A program made the translations under genes and the position numbers. A stretch of DNA of 64,000 nt. Origin: Eledone cirrhosa. Lineage: Eukaryota. Positions 54,001-64,000 of the stretch are shown here, piece after piece. Each line of letters starts with the position of its first letter. Positions within the stretch are counted from its first letter, which is position 1. The notes under the pieces were generated by a model. It did no database searches, was not told the DNA's origin, and saw nothing but the letters and a program-made list of their open reading frames with translations. Location of the stretch: NCBI GenBank assembly GCA_964016885.1, contig OZ024740.1, forward strand, positions 192,324,001 through 192,388,000, given 5' to 3'.

Positions 54001-55013
54001 GACTGAGCTGCAGTCCTGGGTCAAGAAGAAACCGAGACTGGGTGACTGGCATCTGGAATGTTGCCAGGCACTCACTACCCTCTACCAGGTGGGCAATGCG
54101 GTCATTAGAACTTCCACTCTCGGGTTTTATAGAGGATTAGTGATGGGAAGTGCGACGACGCACTCGGAGCGGCTCTGGGAGTCGACGAAGTCGAACTAAC
54201 CAGTCTGTTCCGGAGGACTTTCGAGCCGGGGACGATGGATAATTTCCAAAATCCCTCGCTTGGCAGTGCTACCGGGGCGCCCTGCCGGTTCGAGATAAAC
54301 TCTACAGGTACGGTAGTGCTGTCAGACGGACCTGCCCGAGATGCACGGAGAGCGACAAAACCGTTCTGCACGCACTCGTCCAGAGTCCGTGCATTACTGA
54401 CTTGTGGAGTTATGTTGAACAGTTATGTCGCGTGTAGAACGGATCCGGCTATCCGCCGAGTCCATATTGAAGATCGACCCGCCGCCTTCTTTTGGCCAGG
54501 AAGGGCAGGCAATTTTCCTCTGTCTGGTGGCAGTAGCGAAAGAGGTTGTATGGTGGACGAGGTTGAAAGGACTGAATACAGACACTTTTTTCTTTGGCCA
54601 ATACCTCATCAACTTTTTCAAGTTTCACTTGGAAAGGAAGGTGAGGGTGGAGAGAGAAGTGCTGCACCCCAGTACATTTGCTGAAAGGTGGGTGAATGTG
54701 GCGAGAATGGCCCTTGTGAGTGAGCCTACTCTGGTCATGCGGCTGTAGGTAGGTACATTTGAGGAGGAGAGGGGGTGTCCTTCCAGGGTGCTCTCGAAGC
54801 GTCGGTTCGTTCAGGACTGGTGGGGTATCTAAGCGAAGCCTAGGTGGTCATCCTCCCTATTGGGGAATTTTTTCTTGTAATTTTCTTGTTACTTTATTGT
54901 TACTTTGTTCTTGTTATTCATTTGTTTACTCGATTTTTCTGTAAAACACCACTGTTCCAGTATTTTGTATTGTCCCCTATATGTCGGTCCTTGTGGCCAA
55001 TAAATGAAATCAT
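51065..55013 (+). mobile_element. Tx1/L1-clade LINE, degraded
   Basis: ORF1 remnant then ORF2; 3'UTR ending AATAAA next to a (TAG)n microsatellite. Confidence 0.9.
51396..54748 (+). pseudogene. ORF2: APE endonuclease + RT + zinc knuckle (frameshifted)
   Basis: NVRGL, GGGVAVL, AVYAP, DWN, YSDHK; KSPSLDGLP, NFRPINLL, LDQSKAFDRV, VRQGCTLS, AYTDD; RGGLGMP. Confidence 0.92.
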
Positions 55014-56064
55014 TATTATTGGTAGTAGCAGTAGTAGTAGTAGTAGTAGTAGTAGTAGCAGTAGAAGAAGAAGGAGAAGGAGAAGAAGGACAAGAGAGAG
55101 CATGAATCACTGTTTTAGTCTCATATCCCTCTAGGATATGAGACTAAAAGACTGCAGTAGAAAGATTTTAACATATGAAATATATTCAAATATAAAATAA
55201 TCAAGTTGATTATTATTTATTGTTATAAACTCTCAGTTAGATTTTCTATCATTTTATGTTCATAAATATTCATGGTACTTTATTTGGGCAAAATAAGACA
55301 TTATGTACGACTTTAATATGTAGCAAATTTAAAAATGACCCCACTTAAAAGAAGGGTCGTATATTTTCAATTAAATTGTTGGGTCCCAAGTTGACGACAC
55401 TTTCGTAATGAACATTGGAAACAGATTAAAAAATTAAATTGAAACCAGTAATGTTTATATTCGAATAGTAGAGGTTATCGAAGGAACATAGATACAGCAG
55501 GAAAGATTTCTGGTAAACCGGTCTTTGGACATTGTTTGTATTAAATCTCGTTGGCATTATAAAGTTGTATTAAGATTGACGCAATTTATTATTGGAATAC
55601 GAATTAACAACAACACGAAGATTTTACAAATTTTCGAGTTCCAGGAATAAAATATATATCTGGAAAGCAAGGTATTAAAATCCAATTTATTTCATATTAA
55701 TGCCATCCAATGAAAAACATTTAAGTCTATATTGCAATTAACGAGGCATATAAAAACACACTAAAGCTCTCTGCGTTAATCAAATTCAGATGTACTTTAG
55801 ATCTATTTGCAAAGATAAGTCTAATGAGATCTCATAACAACAAAACAAATTCAAGATTTATCTCCAAAGAGATCAAATTGCAACAGAATTTCATAACAAA
55901 TTAAATTTATATTCATAAAACACGTGTATCAAAAAGGTAATATCTTTCAATCTTGAAGTTACGATCTGTGCAGTACACTAATTTGAAACGTTAGAAAAGA
56001 GTGAGAAACCATATCATTCAATCAAAGACCAAGTTCATCAGGATTTTTTTCATAGTCACCGAAA

Positions 56065-56182
<118 letters not shown>

Positions 56183-56198
56183 AATATATATGTATATG

Positions 56199-56242
<44 letters not shown>

Positions 56243-56302
56243 AATATATATGTATATATATAAATATATATATATATATATAAATATATATAAATATATA
56301 TG

Positions 56303-56338
<36 letters not shown>

Positions 56339-56341
56339 AAT

Positions 56342-56416
<75 letters not shown>

Positions 56417-56422
56417 TATATG

Positions 56423-56496
<74 letters not shown>

Positions 56497-56520
56497 AATA
56501 TATATATAAATATATAAATA

Positions 56521-57096
56521 TAATTAAGTTAAAAATGTACATCCACATATGTATACTGAAATACTAGTATGCATATGAATACACACACGTATACATATGT
56601 AGATGTACCGAGTTTTTCACTGGTCACTTTACTGTGAGTGTACAGCTATTCTGTATGTAAACACACAGACAAACCGGTTTTTAGAGTCCGGAAGATAGGT
56701 AAATATTGCTGATGAGATGTAACAACATCGAAACAATTTAGAGGCCGGAAGATAGGTAAATATTGCTGATGAGATGTAACAACATCGAAACTAGTTCAAT
56801 ATTCCTTGTCTGGCTTTCTGGAGAATAGAGGAAAGGTGTTTCCTCAAAAACCAGTATGACTCTAAAAACCGGTTTGTCTGTGTGTTTACATACAGAATAG
56901 CTGGACACTCACAGTAAAGTGACCAGTGAAAAACTCGGTACATCTACATATGTATACGTGTGTGTATTCATATGCATACTAGTATTTCAGTATACATATG
57001 TGGATGTACATTTTTAACTTAATTGTTTAAGCGTCAGTCATACAAAAGTGAGTTACAAACGAAACGAAATTTAATTTCGTTTCGTTATTTGTTTTT
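56521..57096 (+). mobile_element. Inverted-repeat HHR element, sister of the 467-bp family
   Basis: About 167-bp arms at 56522-56688 and 56858-57024; duplicated HHR core; tail at 57025-57096 homologous to the 467-bp tail. Confidence 0.85.
56759..56803 (+). ncRNA. Minimal type I hammerhead
   Basis: aatattg CTGATGA gatgt-aaca-acatc GAAA ctag TT caatatt; all stems perfect. Confidence 0.9.
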
Positions 57097-57122
57097 ATAT
57101 AAATATATATATATATATATAA

Positions 57123-57167
<45 letters not shown>

Positions 57168-57214
57168 TATATATAAATATATAAATATATATATATATAT
57201 AAATATATATATAA

Positions 57215-57259
<45 letters not shown>

Positions 57260-57272
57260 AATATATATATAA

Positions 57273-57303
<31 letters not shown>

Positions 57304-57356
57304 AATATATATATAAATATATAAATATATATATATATATATAAATATATATATAA

Positions 57357-57459
<103 letters not shown>

Positions 57460-57468
57460 TATATATAA

Positions 57469-57501
<33 letters not shown>

Positions 57502-57514
57502 AATATATATATAA

Positions 57515-57575
<61 letters not shown>

Positions 57576-57584
57576 TATATATAA

Positions 57585-57633
<49 letters not shown>

Positions 57634-57700
57634 TATATATAAATATATATATAAAAATATATATATACAAATATATATATAAATATATATATATATATAA

Positions 57701-57731
<31 letters not shown>

Positions 57732-57796
57732 AATATATATATAAATAAATATATATATATATATAAATATATATATAAATATATATATATATATAA

Positions 57797-57827
<31 letters not shown>

Positions 57828-57828
57828 A

Positions 57829-57861
<33 letters not shown>

Positions 57862-57862
57862 A

Positions 57863-57979
<117 letters not shown>

Positions 57980-57998
57980 TATATATAAATATATATAA

Positions 57999-58031
<33 letters not shown>

Positions 58032-58032
58032 A

Positions 58033-58091
<59 letters not shown>

Positions 58092-58222
58092 TATATATAA
58101 ATATATATATAAATATATATATAAATATATATGTATATATATAAATATATATATATATATATAAATATATATAAATATATATATAAATATATATAAATAT
58201 ATATAAATATATATAAATATAT

Positions 58223-58255
<33 letters not shown>

Positions 58256-58357
58256 AATATATATAAATATATATGTATATATATAAATATATATGTATAT
58301 ATATAAATATATATGTATATATATAAATATATATGTATATATATAAATATATATATG

Positions 58358-58410
<53 letters not shown>

Positions 58411-58417
58411 TATATAA

Positions 58418-58498
<81 letters not shown>

Positions 58499-58565
58499 TA
58501 TATATATAAATATATAAATATATATATATATATATATAAATATATATATAAATATATATAAATAT

Positions 58566-58652
<87 letters not shown>

Positions 58653-58725
58653 TATATAAATATATATATAAATATATGTATCAATATATATATAAATATA
58701 TATATATATATAAATATATATATAA

Positions 58726-58768
<43 letters not shown>

Positions 58769-58843
58769 TATATATGAATATATATAAATATATATATATA
58801 AATATATATATGAATATATATAAATATATATATATATATATAA

Positions 58844-58878
<35 letters not shown>

Positions 58879-59097
58879 AATATATATATAAATATATGTA
58901 GATAAATCTACCAAGAGTTTACGGTAGTGTCCAATCCGTATTAAGAACTCAATGTAATCCGGATATCATGGAAAGAAGAGATGCAATGAAAAATCACTTT
59001 CGGTGAAAGATAAACGGAATACAGAGTCAAGATAAAATATTAAAAAAATAATGAATAAAACAATGAAACAGTTCCTTATATTAAACAAAAAAAGTTC

Positions 59098-59246
59098 ATT
59101 ATTTAACGATCGTTTCTAGGATATATATGTGTTAGAATTGGCATGCATATTCAACAGATCTATGTACAAAATTATACAAAATTATACAAACTATCAAAAT
59201 TAAACATACATACCAAACACATATATATGCCGTCTTCAGAAATAAT
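59098..59246 (-). ncRNA. Hammerhead with extended stem II in a solo pseudo-LTR (58908-59250)
   Basis: attattt CTGAAGA [long arm] GAAA cgatcg TT aaataat. Confidence 0.75.
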
Positions 59247-59290
59247 CATATATATATTTATATATATATTTATATATATATATATATATT

Positions 59291-59330
<40 letters not shown>

Positions 59331-59341
59331 TATATATAAAT

Positions 59342-59374
<33 letters not shown>

Positions 59375-59391
59375 AATAAATATATATATAT

Positions 59392-59428
<37 letters not shown>

Positions 59429-59431
59429 AAT

Positions 59432-59997
<566 letters not shown>

Positions 59998-60028
59998 TAT
60001 ATATATATATATATATATAAATATATAC

Positions 60029-60061
<33 letters not shown>

Positions 60062-60086
60062 CATATATATATGTATATATATAAAT

Positions 60087-60117
<31 letters not shown>

Positions 60118-60154
60118 CATATATATATGTATATATATAAATATATATATATAA

Positions 60155-60193
<39 letters not shown>

Positions 60194-60198
<5 letters not shown>

Positions 60199-61049
60199 GA
60201 ATAATCGAGAATCGGAATATCAGCCCACGAAATCACGATAAACAATATCCGACATGTGTGGCAGAGGGCCAATAATTTGGGTAAATCAGAGCTATAACTA
60301 TCGTTAAAATACCAACACATAGAGGTAAAGCCTAAAATCACCCGTGCAGCCGAAAAAGAACGACCAGGAAGATTCGGATCACTCAAATATAATATCAATA
60401 AATTAATAAATTAAATGAATGTAAAAAAACTCACCCGGACCCGCTATCAAGATGTTAAATCTAGCTTCTTGGGTTTCTGCAATTCCTTAATCCAATCACT
60501 ATCAGCCCACATAAAAAATATATAAGACTTCTAGAGAAGGGATGAACGCGGAACAGCTTTATCAACGAGTTCTCGTCCAATAATACAGAGAGGACCTATA
60601 GCCAAAAACGCACATGGTATTCAGCAAGGGAGAGAACCTCTATATTAGCGAAAGAATTCGGTGATGTGTAAATTATGTAAGAATATAAATTATCACATAT
60701 CGAATAAGAGTGCTCAACAGACGTGCTAAAATAAATAAGAGCTATTCATCAGTCAATAAGATCGACAAAAAAAATCATCAATAAAATTAACTGGTCAATA
60801 GCTAAGGTCTAGAGCTAAATATAGTAGAATAATCGAGAATCGGAATATCAGCCCACGAAATCACGATAAACAATATCAGACATGTGTGGCAGAGGGCTCA
60901 ATAATTTGGGTAAATCAGAGCTATAACTATCGTTAAAATACCAACACATAGAGGTAATGCCTAAAATCACCCGTGCAGCCGAAAAAGAACGACCAGGAAG
61001 ATTCGGGTCACTCAATTAAAATATCAATAAATTAATAAATTAAATGAAT
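60194..61049 (-). repeat. 628-bp non-coding unit with a 227-bp direct terminal repeat
   Basis: 60194-60420 is repeated at 60822-61049; (TA)n flanks. Confidence 0.88.
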
Positions 61050-61207
61050 ATATATATATATAAATATATATATAAATATATATATAAAAGCGATTCTTTG
61101 CTTAAACTTTAATCTGTAATTTTAATAAATATATATATATAAATATATATATAAATCAAGAAAGAAGAGTGAAACGGTTTGCTATACAAAAAAGGTTTTT
61201 AATCACT

Positions 61208-61317
61208 TTGCTGACGATTGTTTCTCTGAACTGGTAGGTCTAGAGATCGCTACCCGCCTGTTTTCGCGTCAATCGACCACCAATGCATAGTTGTAACCAG
61301 TCAATTCATCAGAGCAA
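61208..61317 (-). ncRNA. Type I hammerhead with extended stem II
   Basis: ttgct CTGATGA ..actggt/accagt.. GAAA caatcg TC agcaa. Confidence 0.75.
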
Positions 61318-61494
61318 GCGAGAATTAAGGGAATACACAGGCATGGCCTCTATATATAGTAGTGGTGACATTCAATTAGAACAATAACAACAATACTAAC
61401 AGTGCTAGCAATAAATTATTTGAAATAATCACAACATCAATCTAAGTGAGACACAGAGTATACTTAAGACTTTAGCATGTAAAACGAGTTGATA

Positions 61495-61774
61495 TATTAT
61501 TCAGAATATAAATAAATGAAGACATTCACATAATCAAAATATATGTTTTATTATATATATTTCGAAGGTACTGTGCTGTTCTTTCAGTACGTCCTCATCA
61601 GATAAAATACATGAATTGATGTATGACATACCTCAACGGTCTGGATGGTTCAATTCCAGTATTGGCAGAAATAATTTATCTGACGATGACATACTGAAAA
61701 AAACAGCACAGTACCTTCGAAACATATATTTTGATTATGTGAATGTCTTCATTTATTAATATTCTGAATAATAT
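61495..61774. mobile_element. Inverted pseudo-LTR pair with HHR
   Basis: Arms at 61495-61607 and 61675-61774; intact HHR at 61546-61607(-); the plus copy lacks the cleavage strand. Confidence 0.82.
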
Positions 61775-61964
61775 TAATACTTCCAGAAAACGTCATTGTA
61801 GAGTGATTTTAATCTATTGTAAAACTATATTCATTGAGTAAACAATGAACCATATTAAACTTTGGTTATATATATATATATAATGTGTGAATGTGTGTGT
61901 GCGTGGGGATATGCGAGTGAATGCAATTAAGTTTGCGCGCGTCTTAATAATAATAATAAGAAGA

Positions 61965-62002
<38 letters not shown>

Positions 62003-62417
62003 GAAGAAGAAGAAGAAAACGCACATGGTAGATATATAGCGTTATGGAATCGCTCCCGTAAGTTTTTGATTGTTACTTCTTTAAAACAACTGTGATATAA
62101 TAATTCTAATTACAAATGAACAATAAGCTTACAGTTTTCACGCTCAGCAAGCCATAATGCATCACTTAACGGCATAGAGCCCCAATATTTAATATTTAAT
62201 TTTGGATCAGAAATGTTATAGTCGAAAAAGAGGAAAATGGCAAAATGGCTAAATAGCTAAATAGCTAAATGGCTAAGTGGAGATACAGAAAAATAATTTC
62301 ACCACCAACACCACCACCGCCACCATCACCACTACCACGCTATAACTCTAGTCAAGTTACTTCAACTTCTATTTCTACTTTAACTTCAACACCATCACTA
62401 CACTACTACGTTCACAT

Positions 62418-62558
62418 CAGCACCACCACTGCCTCATTATCGCTACCGCCGCTATTCTCTCCCACTACCTCCTGCTAAGTACTACTAGCACAGCACCACC
62501 ACCACCACTGACTCATTATCACTACCGCCGCTATTCTCTCCCACTACCTCCTGCTAAG
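62418..62558. repeat. About 62-bp local duplication in an (ACC)-rich tract
   Basis: caccaccactg..ctcctgctaag occurs twice. Confidence 0.8.
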
Positions 62559-62852
62559 ACATGCATCGTAGTGTCCCCACTAAAAGAGGAAGGCATCAAC
62601 AGATATAAATAGACTGATTTGATGACCCGGCCAAAAAATAAAAAAACCAAAAATAAAAATCAAAGCAGCACAGCAACAACGTAAAACGTAAAGAAAAGAA
62701 AAATGAAGAGAAGAACAAACAGAAAGACAGAGAAGGGAGGGGAATAGCTAAGTCATACATTCAAACATTACATTACAATGAAACTTATGCTTATTCTTTT
62801 GGGGGTTTTTTTGTTTGCCTGTTTGTTTGTTTGTTTATTTATGTTCGTCTAC

Positions 62853-64000
62853 AGCGTGATAGTGCCACACACAAATCACCGGGAGTGATGAAATCACCGG
62901 TGGTTATGTAACCAAACATTCACCAATCCTCGATAAGAGTGTTTAAATGTCGAGCCTAAAGAGTTCGATAACGGTGAAGTGGAAACTGGAATGTCATGTG
63001 ACAGACTCTGACCCAGCAGGTGCCCCCTGGCTCAGCAGCAGGGACCTGGCTGTCAACCAAATACTGCGGGTATCGGAGGAAGAAGAAGAAGGAAAGGGAC
63101 CGGAACCAACTGTACGAAATAATTTAATAGAACTGTTATGCAATGTTACCTGAAGTGTAACCCCGAGGAGAAAGGCTATAGGAAACGGATGCATAACATC
63201 TGGAACGAGATTGGTCTATTTAAATTAGATGAGCAAAAATTGGCCGGGCAGGCTCGGGTAATAAGAACCAATGGGTGGATAAGCGAGCTGGAACTGGAAG
63301 AACTGAGCAGAGAGATTAGGTTGGAAATTGAGAGTGGACTATGCCAGGCAAACGAGCCAGTGGGAAATGAGAGTGAAGAGGTTGAGAGAACGGAGGAAGC
63401 ATCCGAAGCAGACAATGATCTGAATGCTGAAATAAATAATACCTGGAACAAAGATACGGCCATTGAGGAGATGAATGCTGACGGGCTAGGACAAGATTTG
63501 GTTGATATCCTAAACTTAGTGGTAGATGAATTGAACAATGATAGTGGGAAACCTATGAACCTAAGATTTGAAGACAGGAAAAAGTTAAAAGAAACAACAG
63601 CTAATATAAACAAAGTCATCCCATACCTTGAGGCGAGGAGCCTTCACCAGTGCAACAATATCCTCAAAGCAACTGCAAATGTGGTGAGGAAATTACTTGG
63701 TATAAAAGCGAGAGGAAACAACAAACAAGAAAGATCAGAGACTTGGTGGAAGAAACGACTGAATGGTCAAATCAGGGAAATGAGAAATGACATTGGAAAG
63801 CTTGAGTCCCTACTGAATGGGACACTAAAAAACATAGACACTAAAAATAGACTGGAAATAAAGTACAAAACTAGGAGGAAAAAGCTAAATATTATCATAT
63901 AGGAACTGAAGCAACCCATTGTAGCAAAGAGTGCAAAAATTAGGCGATACGAGAGCAGAGTCAGTCAGTATCGACAGAACCGCATGTTTGACAACAACCA
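62853..64000 (+). mobile_element. 5' part of an R4/Dong-clade non-LTR element (runs off the window)
   Basis: CYLKCNPEEKGYRKRMHNIW...EQKLAGQARVI...WISELEL, WWKKRL...R.DI, AKIRRY..R..QYRQNRMF; frameshift near 63130, stop at 63902. Confidence 0.82.

Noticed and set aside
60470-60510. tggg-CTGATAG...GAAA-ccca as a hammerhead
   Set aside because: No stem III or UH site, and not conserved in the 29.3-kb homologue.

Overview
Eukaryotic, very AT-rich, (TA)n-microsatellite-laden DNA, probably from a cephalopod (Octopus-like; inferred from the tRNA-derived SINE families and microsatellite density). No host gene can be firmly called, and nearly all YI/CV/HT-rich ORFs are microsatellite artefacts. The window is a dense nest of mobile elements. 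Most are Penelope-like retroelements (PLEs; RT and GIY-YIG remnants of at least three types) and short non-autonomous relatives. They sit in (TA)n runs, often with a pseudo-LTR + tail at one end and an inverted pseudo-LTR at the other. About 29 type I hammerhead ribozyme (HHR) motifs from more than a dozen sequence families can be folded by eye, most with palindromic stem III. Three non-coding tandem arrays carry one ribozyme-like motif per unit (466-470, 595 and 495 bp), the architecture of retrozymes, and predict circular RNAs. The 495-bp family and a diverged monomer share an atypical, covarying, permuted (type II-like) hammerhead-core motif. Also present: two Helitrons, Tx1/L1, R4/Dong and RTE LINE remnants, a mariner remnant and tRNA-SINEs. 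All folds are manual and untested.
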